NCBI GenBank assembly: GCA_963663765.2
Contig: CAXXUA010000002.1
Coordinates: forward strand, 237,894-301,893
DNA: 64,000 nucleotides
Direction of reading: 5' to 3'
Origin: Candidatus Poribacteria bacterium
Lineage (GTDB): Bacteria; Poribacteria; WGA-4E; WGA-3G
Part shown: piece by piece, positions 1-9,781 of the stretch
Numbering within the stretch: the stretch's first letter is position 1
Layout: the number at the start of each line of letters is the position of its first letter
Notes under the pieces: model-generated
The model's database searches: none
Told to the model about the DNA's origin: nothing
The model's input: only the letters and a program-made list of their open reading frames with translations
Made by a program: the position numbers and the translations under genes

Positions 1-370
1 GTTGCACTCTGATTTAGATGGAACACGTACCTATGAAATAAAAGCGACACTTTTTGATCTACTTACTGCCTTTAAGAACATAAATGACAGAATATCAAAT
101 ATTGAACAGGATGAGGAATACCATACAGTTGAAGAAGAAACCATTACTGTTGAGGATAAAATTGCTTTCATAGAAAGGCAATTAGCCAACGATGACCAAC
201 TACTTTTTGATGATTTATTTCATTTCACATCAAGTAAATTAGACCTCATTGTTACTTTTCTTGCTATATTAGAACTGATAAGATTAGGCACAATCGTCAC
301 TGTACAAACTGGATTGTTTGAAAGTATTTATATCGTCAAACCAGTCACAGAAAACAGCGGTTCTATTTAA
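1..370 (+). CDS. scpA: Segregation/condensation protein A, 3' part (truncated by window edge)
   Basis: C-terminal VTFLAILELIRLG motif; directly upstream of scpB. Confidence 0.9.
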   Translation, partial: LHSDLDGTRTYEIKATLFDLLTAFKNINDRISNIEQDEEYHTVEEETITVEDKIAFIERQLANDDQLLFDDLFHFTSSKLDLIVTFLAILELIRLGTIVTVQTGLFESIYIVKPVTENSGSI

Positions 371-391
371 AATATTCTGGGAAATCCCATA

Positions 392-1030
392 ATGGAAACA
401 GAAGATATAATTACTGACAATAATACATACCCGCAGCAAGATCGATCAAAGAACAATCCAAAATCTATATTGGAGGCGATACTATTTGCTGCAAGCGAAC
501 CAATCACTGTAAAGCAGTTTCAACATGCACTACCAGCGATGAATGTACGCGAGATAAGAAAAGCACTCACAGAAATTCAAGATGATTATCAAAGTACTAA
601 TAGAAGTTTTCGGTTAATGGAAATTGCAAACGGATATCAAATATGTACTCGTCCAGAATTCTCTGATTGGATACGAAAGTTTTACATCCAACAAGTACGT
701 GTAACCTTGTCACCATCCGCTTTAGAAACGCTTGCAATAGTCGCATACAAACAACCAGTAACTCGGAATGAAGTATCAACTATTCGCGGGGTCAACAGCG
801 ACAGCGTTATCAGTTCTCTCGTTGAAAAAGAACTTGTCTGTGTTTCAGGGAGAAAAGAAGGGGCTGGTCGTTCGCTCTTGTTTTCTACTACAGATACATT
901 TCTTCAGCAATTTGGATTGAAAGACCCTTCCGAATTACCCTCTCTTGAGGAAATTGAACAACTCCTTTCCCCATCAAATGGACTTGAGAATCTTCCCACC
1001 GGTCAGGAGGAAGCTGAAAATGAATTATAA
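392..1030 (+). CDS. scpB: SMC-Scp complex subunit ScpB
   Basis: LEAILFAA, ALETLAIVAYKQPVTR..IRGV, FGL...ELP motifs. Confidence 0.95.
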   Translation: METEDIITDNNTYPQQDRSKNNPKSILEAILFAASEPITVKQFQHALPAMNVREIRKALTEIQDDYQSTNRSFRLMEIANGYQICTRPEFSDWIRKFYIQQVRVTLSPSALETLAIVAYKQPVTRNEVSTIRGVNSDSVISSLVEKELVCVSGRKEGAGRSLLFSTTDTFLQQFGLKDPSELPSLEEIEQLLSPSNGLENLPTGQEEAENEL

Positions 1031-2342
1031 TGCTTGGTTTGAATGTGATTCAGGATGTACCTATCCACTCACTGAAGTCATCTATCGTTGCAAAAACTGC
1101 GATGGTCTATTAAAGGTCAATCACGACTTAGATGTGTTGAAGCAAAGAAGTGCGGATGATTGGAAAACTCTTTTTGAACAACGTTATATGCGAACACAAT
1201 ACCCGTATGGTAGCGGTGTTTGGGGGAAAAAGGAACTTGTTTGTCCTATAGTTGATGATAACAACATTATCTCAATGTATGAGGGTGGCACGAACTTGTT
1301 CTGGGCAGAACGTTTCGGTGAACAACTTGGACTCCCAGACCTTTGGATAAAACAGTGTGGTAATAGTCATACCGGTTCATTCAAAGACCTTGGAATGACA
1401 GTGTTGGTTTCTATGGTGAACCAGATTATATCAGATGGTGGAAATATACGAGCTGTCATGTGTGCTTCTACGGGTGATACTTCTGCCTCTTTAGCAGCTT
1501 ATACTTCTGCAGCGGGAATCCCAGCTATTATCCTGCTACCTAAAGAGAAGGTTACCCGCGAACAACTTATCCAACCGATTGCTAACGGTGCATTGACCCT
1601 ATCACTTGAAACCGACTTTGATGGATGCATGGATATCGTTCAAAAACTTGCTGCACGAAATGATTTCTATTTAGCAAATTCAATTAATTCACTTCGTATT
1701 GAAGGACAGAAAACTATTAGTATTGAAATTGTACAGCAGTTTGATTGGGATGTACCTGATTGGATAATCATCCCTGGCGGTAATCTTGGAAATGTCTCTG
1801 CACTCGGTTTAGGTTTCCTAATGATGAAGCAACTTGGGATAATAGACAGACTACCACGTATCGCATGTGCCCAAGCAGAGCGCGCCAACCCACTCTATCG
1901 CAGTTATAAAACTGGGTTCACGGAGTTTAAAGCCATCACAGCACAATCAACACAAGCAACAGCTATCCAAATCGGTAATCCTGTTTCAATTCACCGAGCA
2001 ATACGTGTCTTGAAGCAGTTTGATGGCATTGTAGATCAAGCATCTGAAGTAGAATTAGCAGACGCCGCCGCAAGAGCTGATAGAACTGGACTCTTCAACT
2101 GTCCACACACAGGCGTAGCATTAGCTGTACTCATAAAAATGATAGAACGAAAACAGATACAAAAAACTGAAAAAGTCATTGTCATTTCAACTGCTAATGG
2201 CCTCAAATTTCCTGATTTTAAAGTTGCATATCATAATGTTGTTCCTAATGAATCCGCCCCGAAATATTATAACGCCCCAATTGAATTAGAAGCGAACTAT
2301 GACAATGTACTCAAGCAAATAGACAAACAACTGAATGTGTAG
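1020..2342 (+). CDS. thrC: Threonine synthase (PLP-dependent)
   Basis: HTGSFKDLGM, CASTGDTSAS, PGGNLGN motifs; ATG 1020 overlapping the scpB end is preferred to the ORF-track start at 945. Confidence 0.93.
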   Translation: MNYNAWFECDSGCTYPLTEVIYRCKNCDGLLKVNHDLDVLKQRSADDWKTLFEQRYMRTQYPYGSGVWGKKELVCPIVDDNNIISMYEGGTNLFWAERFGEQLGLPDLWIKQCGNSHTGSFKDLGMTVLVSMVNQIISDGGNIRAVMCASTGDTSASLAAYTSAAGIPAIILLPKEKVTREQLIQPIANGALTLSLETDFDGCMDIVQKLAARNDFYLANSINSLRIEGQKTISIEIVQQFDWDVPDWIIIPGGNLGNVSALGLGFLMMKQLGIIDRLPRIACAQAERANPLYRSYKTGFTEFKAITAQSTQATAIQIGNPVSIHRAIRVLKQFDGIVDQASEVELADAAARADRTGLFNCPHTGVALAVLIKMIERKQIQKTEKVIVISTANGLKFPDFKVAYHNVVPNESAPKYYNAPIELEANYDNVLKQIDKQLNV

Positions 2343-2391
2343 GGTGTGCAAAGTTTTGGTTGCTGGACGTAGGGGCGGGGTCTCCCTGCCC

Positions 2392-2534
2392 CATAGGCGT
2401 CAATTTAAGAAAAAAGTGTTGGCATTTTCTCTTTTGGGAGGGGTTTTCAACCCCGATTTTATGTTCATTTTCTCTCAAATCGGGGTTGAAAACCCCTCCT
2501 ACAAGAGGTCAAAACCCTTAAATTGACGCCTATG
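2392..2534. mobile_element. MITE family E (TIR CATAGGCGTCAATTTAAG) inserted in a REP-like hairpin
   Basis: 18-bp TIR; 19-bp direct repeat GGGCGGGGTCTCCCTGCCC at 2373-2391 and 2535-2553. Confidence 0.88.
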
Positions 2535-2652
2535 GGGCGGGGTCTCCCTGCCCGAACAGAAGTTTTACGCGGGCGAGGAAACCTCACCCCTACGATGTCC
2601 ACAGTTCCCTAACGTCAAGTAAGCTTTGATAGTAACTGGACGGACTTCTTTT

Positions 2653-2774
2653 CAGAACTTACGCACCCAACGGTAGGCGCGCTTTGTAAGCGCGCTGGAA
2701 ACCGAAAAAATGCTGAAAATTACACCATTTTCGTCATAATTCTTCATCAAATCATGAAAACTGCGTAAGTTCTG
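2653..2774. mobile_element. MITE family F (TIR CAG[A/G]ACTTACGCA)
   Basis: TIRs; 5-bp TSD CTTTT; matching empty site in the reverse-complement copy near 49970-49990. Confidence 0.85.
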
Positions 2775-2821
2775 CTTTTAATATCAGAGTTTCTACAAAA
2801 ACTTTACACACCCGAATGTGT

Positions 2822-3182
2822 CAGGGTTATTCAGTTTTAGGAGTTTTCTGTTATTGAGACTTACTGAAAGTTAATACCCAAATGAGGTTTCCTAACTGCC
2901 CCTTATACATCAATTTTAGATTATTCAAACATGAACATCGCTCTTTAAGTCCCGTAGGGACGACATGTTTATAGAAAACGAATACCCTCCCCAGCTCTTT
3001 AGTCCCGTAGGGACGATATGTTTATTCTTCTATGCCGTTCCTACGGAACTCAAGAGAGTTAGATAACATTTTTCTATAAACATATCGTCCCTACGGGACT
3101 AAAGACACGGACAAGATGGCAACACATAAAATTAACGTCATAGCAAAAAATCATCAAAAACACCTAGAACTAAATAACCCTG
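2822..3182. mobile_element. MITE family A (TIR CAGGGTTATT[C/T]AGTT, ISAs1-like ends)
   Basis: TIRs; 9-bp TSD CGAATGTGT (2813-2821 and 3183-3191); internal GTCCCGTAGGGAC hairpins. Confidence 0.88.
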
Positions 3183-3198
3183 CGAATGTGTAAAAACT

Positions 3199-3228
3199 TT
3201 GTAAAAATAATTGAAATTGTGCTATAAT
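3199..3228 (+). promoter_or_regulatory. Putative sigma70 promoter of xylA
   Basis: TTGTAA-18 bp-TATAAT with extended -10 TG. Confidence 0.5.
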
Positions 3229-3261
3229 CCAATATAAACGACAATAAATAGGAGTTAATGC

Positions 3262-4431
3262 ATGTCAGATCAGTTTCAACCCAAACCTGAACACAAGTTT
3301 ACTTTTGGGTTGTGGACGGTGGGAAACCCAGGGCGCGATCCATTTGGAGACGTTGTTAGACCCACATTGAAACCTACATATAGTGTCCAAAAATTGAGCG
3401 AATTGGGTGCGTATGGTGTCAACCTACACGATAACGACTTAGTTCCATTTGATGCTACTACAACTGAACGCGATCAAATCGTCAGTGAATTCAAGCAAGC
3501 TCTTGATGATAACGGTATGAAAGTACCGATGGCTACTACCAACCTTTTTTATCATCCGATCTTTAAAGATGGTGCTTTTACCTCAAATGACCCAAAAGTT
3601 AGAGCATTTGCTATTCAAAAGACATTAAACGCCATTGACCTCGGTGTTGAACTTGGTGCAACTGTGTATGTGTTCTGGGGTGGTCGAGAAGGAGCAGAGG
3701 TAGATGCCGCTAAACACGGTCCTGATACAATCAAATGGAACCGAGAGGCGATGAACTTCTTCACACATTATGTCAAAGATCAAGGTTATGATCTCAAATT
3801 CGCTTTAGAAGCCAAGCCAAATGAACCACGTGGGGACATTTACCTGCCAACAACCGGGCACATGCTTCATTTCATTGAAACACTTGATCATCATGAAATG
3901 GTCGGTGTCAATCCCGAATTTGCACATGAAACTATGGCAGGATTAAATTTTATTCACGGTGTTGCACAAGCTTATGAAGCTGGAAAGTTATTCCATATTG
4001 ACCTTAATGACCAGAAAATGAGTCGTTTCGACCAGGACTTACGGTTCGGTTCAGAAAATATCAAAAGTGCGTTCTTCCTCGTAAAATTCCTTGAAGATGT
4101 AAACTGGAATGGTAACAGACACTTTGATGCACACGCTTACCGAACCGAAGATGAACAAGGAGTTTGGGATTTCGCAGCAGGATGTATGCGTAGTTACCTA
4201 ATATTGAAAGAAAAAGCTGAACAGTTCAATGAAGATAAAGAGATACAAGGAATTCTCGCTGAACTTCGATCACGGGATCCTGAACTTGAATCACTCATGG
4301 CAAATTATAGTTCTGAAAACTCTGAAAAAATTAGAAAGATTGATTTCAAACCTGAAGTGATAGCACAAAAAGGACTGGGATACGAAAAGTTAGATCAACT
4401 TACATTTGAGATCTTAACAGGAGTTCGATAA
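3262..4431 (+). CDS. xylA: Xylose isomerase, class I (Streptomyces/Thermus type)
   Basis: [46 protein letters not shown] motifs. Confidence 0.95.
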   Translation: MSDQFQPKPEHKFTFGLWTVGNPGRDPFGDVVRPTLKPTYSVQKLSELGAYGVNLHDNDLVPFDATTTERDQIVSEFKQALDDNGMKVPMATTNLFYHPIFKDGAFTSNDPKVRAFAIQKTLNAIDLGVELGATVYVFWGGREGAEVDAAKHGPDTIKWNREAMNFFTHYVKDQGYDLKFALEAKPNEPRGDIYLPTTGHMLHFIETLDHHEMVGVNPEFAHETMAGLNFIHGVAQAYEAGKLFHIDLNDQKMSRFDQDLRFGSENIKSAFFLVKFLEDVNWNGNRHFDAHAYRTEDEQGVWDFAAGCMRSYLILKEKAEQFNEDKEIQGILAELRSRDPELESLMANYSSENSEKIRKIDFKPEVIAQKGLGYEKLDQLTFEILTGVR

Positions 4432-4477
4432 TTTCTGGTCATCTGTGCACTTTTCTATGATTTGATGGAATCTAATT

Positions 4478-6397
4478 ATGAGTACGCTAATAATTGCTAT
4501 ATTGAGTTTTGTAGGTTTCATTGTCGCATACAATACCTATGGTAAGTGGTTAGCAAAAAGAATTTTCGGTTTAGACCCACAAGCAAAAGTACCAAGTCAA
4601 GAACTAAAAGATGATGTAGATTATGTTCCTACAAAAAAAGAGATTATTTTTGGTCATCATTTTACAAGTATAGCGGGTACAGGTCCAATCGTAGGACCAG
4701 CAATCGCAGTGTTTTGGGGATGGCTTCCTGCTCTGTTATGGGTCGTTCTCGGTTCCGTTTTCATCGGTGCAGTCCACGATTTTGGTGCATTGGTTGTTTC
4801 TCTCCGAAACAGAGGACAAAGTGTCGGTGAAGTCGCAGGCAGGATGATTGGACCTCGCGCAAAATTTCTATTCCTCTTTGTTCTCTTTATGGGTTTGACC
4901 ATCGTCCTCGCAATATTTGGTTTGGTCATTGCCCTAATCTTTTCATATTATCCTGAGTCTGTCCTATCTGTCTGGATTGAAATCCCACTTGCTGTCGTTA
5001 TCGGTGTTTGGATTCATCGTCAAGGTAAGAATATCCTCATACCGTCTATCGTTGCTCTCGGTATCATGTATATTGCAATGGCAGTCGGTGCGTATATTCT
5101 GCCAATTGACTTAGCCAAGTGGCTTGACATCGACTTACTTGGCAAAACTTACCTTAATGCTGTAGTTATTTGGACATTAGTGCTGTTTGTTTATTGTTTT
5201 ATCGCTTCAGTGCTACCAGTTTGGACTCTTTTACAACCCCGTGATTTTATCAATAGTCATGAATTGGTATTAGCATTAGTGTTGTTAGTACTGGGTCTTG
5301 CTGTTGCAGGATTCACAGGAAAAGCAGACCTATTTGCATCCGCACCTGCAATAGCAAAAGACATTCCTCCTGATGCACCTCCGATATGGCCCTTCCTTTT
5401 CATTACGATAGCGTGTGGGGCAGTCAGTGGTTTTCACTGCATGGTGAGTTCTGGCACTTCCAGCAAACAGGTGGAATCCGAAGATGATGCACAATACGTC
5501 GGATACGGTGCAATGTTGTTAGAGGGAGGTCTTGCAGTTGTTGTGATTATGGCTTGTTGTGCTGGAATCGGTATGGGGATCTTCGACCGTGATAATTCCG
5601 ACACTGCAAGTGCTGGAGGCTATAGATTCCAAGCTGTACTCAAGGAGGGAAGTACAGAACCCATTGTGAATCAAGATGCTTGGCGGACCAGATATGCAAC
5701 AGGTGAAAGTATAACAAATCCAGACGGTACTAATACAATAGTTGGAGGTGGATGGGAAAGCCACAAACTCAGAGAGAAAGTCAGTGCATTTGTTGATGGT
5801 GGTGGTAATTTTCTTGCATCACTGGGGATTCCACTAAAAATGGGGATTGCGATTATGGCAGTACTGGTCGCAAGTTTTGCAGCGACCACACTGGATACTG
5901 CAACTCGTTTACAACGGTACGTTATACAGGAACTCGCTCAAACAGCGAATATAAAACCCCTAACAAACCGGTATATTGCAACTGCTTTTGCATTAATACT
6001 CGCTGCTGCAGTTGCCTTATTTCAAGGTCAAGGCGGTCCCGGTAGTGGTGGAATGACTCTATGGCCCCTCTTCGGCGCAACAAATCAACTATTAGCGGGT
6101 TTAGCATTTATGGTGATCGTCTTCTATCTCGTCCGTAGAAACAAACCCATCTGGTTTGCTTTTCTGCCTATGGTAGTGATGCTTCTAATGCCTGCATGGG
6201 CAATGTTACATCAAATGTTCAATCCGAACACTGGTTGGCTGTTTGAAGGCAAGTATCTTCTTTTCAGTTTCGGTGTTGTCATTGAAGCCTTGCAAATTTG
6301 GATGATCGCAGAAGGATTCATCGCATGGCAAAATGCGCGCGGAAATTATCCAGAATTACCTCCATTACAAACCGCAGTATCAAAAAGCAGTGCTTAA
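4478..6397 (+). CDS. cstA: Carbon starvation protein A family transporter
   Basis: DYVPT..FGHHFTSIAGTGPIVGP, PFLFITIACGAVSGFH, TTLDTATRL motifs. Confidence 0.93.
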   Translation: MSTLIIAILSFVGFIVAYNTYGKWLAKRIFGLDPQAKVPSQELKDDVDYVPTKKEIIFGHHFTSIAGTGPIVGPAIAVFWGWLPALLWVVLGSVFIGAVHDFGALVVSLRNRGQSVGEVAGRMIGPRAKFLFLFVLFMGLTIVLAIFGLVIALIFSYYPESVLSVWIEIPLAVVIGVWIHRQGKNILIPSIVALGIMYIAMAVGAYILPIDLAKWLDIDLLGKTYLNAVVIWTLVLFVYCFIASVLPVWTLLQPRDFINSHELVLALVLLVLGLAVAGFTGKADLFASAPAIAKDIPPDAPPIWPFLFITIACGAVSGFHCMVSSGTSSKQVESEDDAQYVGYGAMLLEGGLAVVVIMACCAGIGMGIFDRDNSDTASAGGYRFQAVLKEGSTEPIVNQDAWRTRYATGESITNPDGTNTIVGGGWESHKLREKVSAFVDGGGNFLASLGIPLKMGIAIMAVLVASFAATTLDTATRLQRYVIQELAQTANIKPLTNRYIATAFALILAAAVALFQGQGGPGSGGMTLWPLFGATNQLLAGLAFMVIVFYLVRRNKPIWFAFLPMVVMLLMPAWAMLHQMFNPNTGWLFEGKYLLFSFGVVIEALQIWMIAEGFIAWQNARGNYPELPPLQTAVSKSSA

Positions 6398-6524
6398 ATT
6401 TTTACCAAAAAACTTCAATATTTATTGGCAATTGTGTTATACTTGCATGCTATACTTTAATTTATATGCATCTAAAAAGACAGATGTATAAAAACATTAT
6501 TTGTTCACACTCTCGGAGGAATGC

Positions 6525-7325
6525 ATGGAACAGCATATAACAGATGAACAGTGGGAACATTTCTCGGAATACGGCTATGTTCATATCGGTCAGGTAGCAA
6601 CAGATGACGAATTATCAGAGTTACAACAACACATGGACGACATCATGCTTGGAAAAGCCCCCATAGATTATAACAAAATCATGATGCAACTGGATAGAGC
6701 GCCGGGAACAAACGCACCCGGACCACAATCTGCTGGACATAAAGGGGTTACTTTACTTTATAGAAAAATTCAGAATCTTGAATTGGATCCATACTTCTTA
6801 AAATATCTTCAAAATACTACTTTCAAAGAAGTCTGTGCAAACATCTATGGAAAAGATGTGCCTATTCTCTGTTTCCGCGCAATGTTTATGAACAAACCCG
6901 CAGGAGAAGGTACATATCTCGTCTGGCATCAAGATAGATGGACAGACCTTGACCGAGATCCTCAGATTACAATCTATACAGCATTAGATCCCGCAACGAT
7001 TGAAAATGGATGTGTACATATTATCCCCGGCTCACATAGCGAACTCATTAATCCATCTCACGGTTCTGGTTTTCTTAATCAAGAACAGATAGATGACATC
7101 GTTGCGAATTCAACGCCACTGCCGCTGGAATTAAAAGCAGGCGAGGTAGTCCTACTACACAATTGGATGCTACACAGTTCGGGGACAAACCAAACGGAAA
7201 TTCCGCGTAGAGCTTTCAGCGTGTGCTATATGCATGGAGATACAAAATCCCATCGCGGTTCAACCTTTAGACGCGTATTCGGTGAGGGTGCTTTGACAGT
7301 TGAAGATTTAGCGAAAACTGCATAG
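6525..7325 (+). CDS. Phytanoyl-CoA dioxygenase (PhyH) family protein
   Basis: WHQD, ALDPATIENGC..IPGSH, HSSG.N, RRA motifs; GGAGG RBS before ATG 6525. Confidence 0.88.
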   Translation: MEQHITDEQWEHFSEYGYVHIGQVATDDELSELQQHMDDIMLGKAPIDYNKIMMQLDRAPGTNAPGPQSAGHKGVTLLYRKIQNLELDPYFLKYLQNTTFKEVCANIYGKDVPILCFRAMFMNKPAGEGTYLVWHQDRWTDLDRDPQITIYTALDPATIENGCVHIIPGSHSELINPSHGSGFLNQEQIDDIVANSTPLPLELKAGEVVLLHNWMLHSSGTNQTEIPRRAFSVCYMHGDTKSHRGSTFRRVFGEGALTVEDLAKTA

Positions 7326-7380
7326 AAAAAAGTTTATACACATACTTGAACAAAACTTAATATTGAATAGGGAGAATGGA

Positions 7381-8385
7381 ATGTCAAAAATTCGACTCGC
7401 CATGATTGGTTGTGGCGGTAACTCTTCAGGACATGCTCGGAGAATGAACGGAAATCCTGACGTGCAAATCGTTGGTACATGCGATGTCAATACCGATATA
7501 GCAAACAATTACATTGACCGAAATCTATCAGACCTGACCCCGCGTCCGAAGGCTTATGATGATATAGCAAAAATGCTTGCAGATGTAAAACCGGATGCTG
7601 TCGTAATTTCTACACCACATACATTACACTTTGAACAAGGCATGCAAGCACTTGATGCAGGATGTCACGTCTTGATGGAAAAACCGATGGTCACCTCCTC
7701 TGAAGACGCATATACACTGGCTGAGAAAGTAGAAGAAACTGGTCGTATTTTGACAATCGGTTACAACACACCATGTTCAGCAAACTTTCACTATATCAGG
7801 GAGATTGTACGTAACAAAGAATTCGGCAAGTTAGAATTGGTCGTTGGGTACATTACACAAAACTGGAAACGTGCTACAACCGGTAAATGGCGGCAGAAAC
7901 TTGCACTTTCTGGAGGTGGACAAGCTTATGATAGCGGCGCACATCTCCTAAACAGCCTGTGTTGGGCAGTGGAAGCAAAGGTTGAAGAAGTTTATGCATA
8001 TACAGACAATATGGACACCGAAGTAGATATTAATTCATCAATCAACATCAAATTTGAAAACGGTGTTCTCGCTTCAATGGTGATCAGTGGAAACTGTCCA
8101 AGTCCTGGTGGCACACACATGTCACTCATCTTTGACAATGGTAGAATTGAAGTTGATGGTTGGGGTGGTGGATGGATTCGGGTATGGAAAGGCGGAGAAG
8201 CCTTAAATCCTCCTCCAATTTCACCTGAGATGTCAGCTGGAAATCCAGATACCAATTTCATTGATGCTATCTTAGGAAGAGCAGAACCGCGCACAAACCC
8301 ATTCAACGGCATCATTCAATCTGAACTGATGGACCTGATATACGAATCTGCAGAAAAGAAAACACCTGCGCGCCCGAAACGGTGA
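7381..8385 (+). CDS. Gfo/Idh/MocA family oxidoreductase
   Basis: IGCGG, STPHTLH, MEKPM, YDSGAH motifs. Confidence 0.9.
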   Translation: MSKIRLAMIGCGGNSSGHARRMNGNPDVQIVGTCDVNTDIANNYIDRNLSDLTPRPKAYDDIAKMLADVKPDAVVISTPHTLHFEQGMQALDAGCHVLMEKPMVTSSEDAYTLAEKVEETGRILTIGYNTPCSANFHYIREIVRNKEFGKLELVVGYITQNWKRATTGKWRQKLALSGGGQAYDSGAHLLNSLCWAVEAKVEEVYAYTDNMDTEVDINSSINIKFENGVLASMVISGNCPSPGGTHMSLIFDNGRIEVDGWGGGWIRVWKGGEALNPPPISPEMSAGNPDTNFIDAILGRAEPRTNPFNGIIQSELMDLIYESAEKKTPARPKR

Positions 8386-8446
8386 AAAGAGAATACCTTG
8401 TAATGCTTCACAAAGCGAATTCAAATTCAATTGAAGTAGGAAAATA

Positions 8447-8707
8447 ATGGATACTTTCTTTTCGTTTCACCAAATATCATACGTAGTTTTCTTAATCTTT
8501 TTTATTATAATGGCTTATCGTGTATTTAACTATACTGAAACTGATAAGCATGGTCGTCGTTATCGTAGACCGTTGTTCTATCCAGGGAGAATCTGTCCAG
8601 GATGCGGGTTGAAAGTTATTACGAGAATACCGTCTTGTCCTTCATGTGGTCGTGATTTCTCCCAAGACAGTGAAGGTGCAAATGTTCAGCATAAGGATAA
8701 TTTCTAA
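8447..8707 (+). CDS. Small membrane-anchored zinc-ribbon protein
   Basis: N-terminal hydrophobic helix followed by CPGC...CPSC. Confidence 0.65.
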   Translation: MDTFFSFHQISYVVFLIFFIIMAYRVFNYTETDKHGRRYRRPLFYPGRICPGCGLKVITRIPSCPSCGRDFSQDSEGANVQHKDNF

Positions 8708-8796
8708 AATCGAATTTATACATTTTTAATTGAAACTAAATCATTACCTTATTTTTTAACTATATGCCAAAAACCACAACTCAAGGTGTAGAAAAG

Positions 8797-9717
8797 ATGT
8801 CTGATCAACTAAATTTTAAATCTGGATACATAAGTATTATTGGAGCTGCTAATGTTGGAAAATCTACCCTACTTAACACTATCTTAGGGCAAAAATTAGC
8901 AATAGTCACGCCAAAACCGCAAACTACACGAAACCAAATTCGTGGGATTGTCACAACTGATACACATCAAATGGTTTTTGTGGATACCCCTGGACTAATG
9001 GACCCAAAATATCGACTGCAGTCAGAAATGGTACGAACTGCTTACGGAGCTTTACGAGACGCAGATGTTGTACTATTCGTAATAGATGTCACAAATCAGA
9101 ATGAAAAGATTGATGAAAAAATCTTAGAACGACTCAATGCTGAAAAAAACACCAAAAAAGTTCTCATTCTAAATAAGGTAGACTTAATAAATAAACGAAA
9201 ACTACTGCCAATAATTGAAAACTACAGTGAAGAATTAGACTTTGACAATATCATACCCATCTCAGCGAAGACAGGTGACGGAGTACCAGAACTACTCATT
9301 CAGATAAAATCTTTTCTACCACCCGGACCGAGATACTTTCCAGATGACCAACTGAGCGACTTACCGGAACGTTTCTTCATCTCAGAAACTGTCAGAGAAA
9401 AAATTATGTTGATTACACAACGGGAAGTTCCCTATGCATCAGCTGTGATCATAGAGGAATTTGAAAAAAGAAAACGACGTAAAACTGAAGATATTGTTTA
9501 TATCCGAGCTATTGTATATACCGAAAAACAGACACAAAAACAGATAATAATAGGTAAAGGTGGAAAGTTAATTAAACGTGTTGGGGAATTAGCACGTCTT
9601 GAAATTGAGGAATTCTTGGACTCACCAGTCTATTTGGAATTGTATGTGACAGTAAAAGAAAATTGGCGGAGAGATGTACGGAAACTTAAAGAATTAGGCG
9701 GATTCTTAGATTTGTAA
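8797..9717 (+). CDS. era: GTPase Era
   Basis: GAANVGKST, PQTTR, DTPG, NKVD, KH domain IIGKGG; alternative start at 8764. Confidence 0.96.
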   Translation: MSDQLNFKSGYISIIGAANVGKSTLLNTILGQKLAIVTPKPQTTRNQIRGIVTTDTHQMVFVDTPGLMDPKYRLQSEMVRTAYGALRDADVVLFVIDVTNQNEKIDEKILERLNAEKNTKKVLILNKVDLINKRKLLPIIENYSEELDFDNIIPISAKTGDGVPELLIQIKSFLPPGPRYFPDDQLSDLPERFFISETVREKIMLITQREVPYASAVIIEEFEKRKRRKTEDIVYIRAIVYTEKQTQKQIIIGKGGKLIKRVGELARLEIEEFLDSPVYLELYVTVKENWRRDVRKLKELGGFLDL

Positions 9718-9781
9718 ATACGGCTGATTAGAACTGAATAACTCCTAAAAAACTTAACTTAATAATAGAGGGAAACATACA

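Larger units (their letters stand above)
2342..2813. mobile_element. MITE family B (TIR GGGTGTG[C/T]AAAG...CTTTACACACCC) carrying nested elements
   Basis: TIRs at 2342 and 2813; target GAATGTGTA (2333-2341) repeated after 2813 but split by element A. Confidence 0.85.

Noticed and set aside
2947-3102. Repeated GTCCCGTAGGGAC units as a CRISPR array
   Set aside because: The copies are degenerate, in mixed orientation and irregularly spaced, lie inside a MITE, and no cas genes are present.
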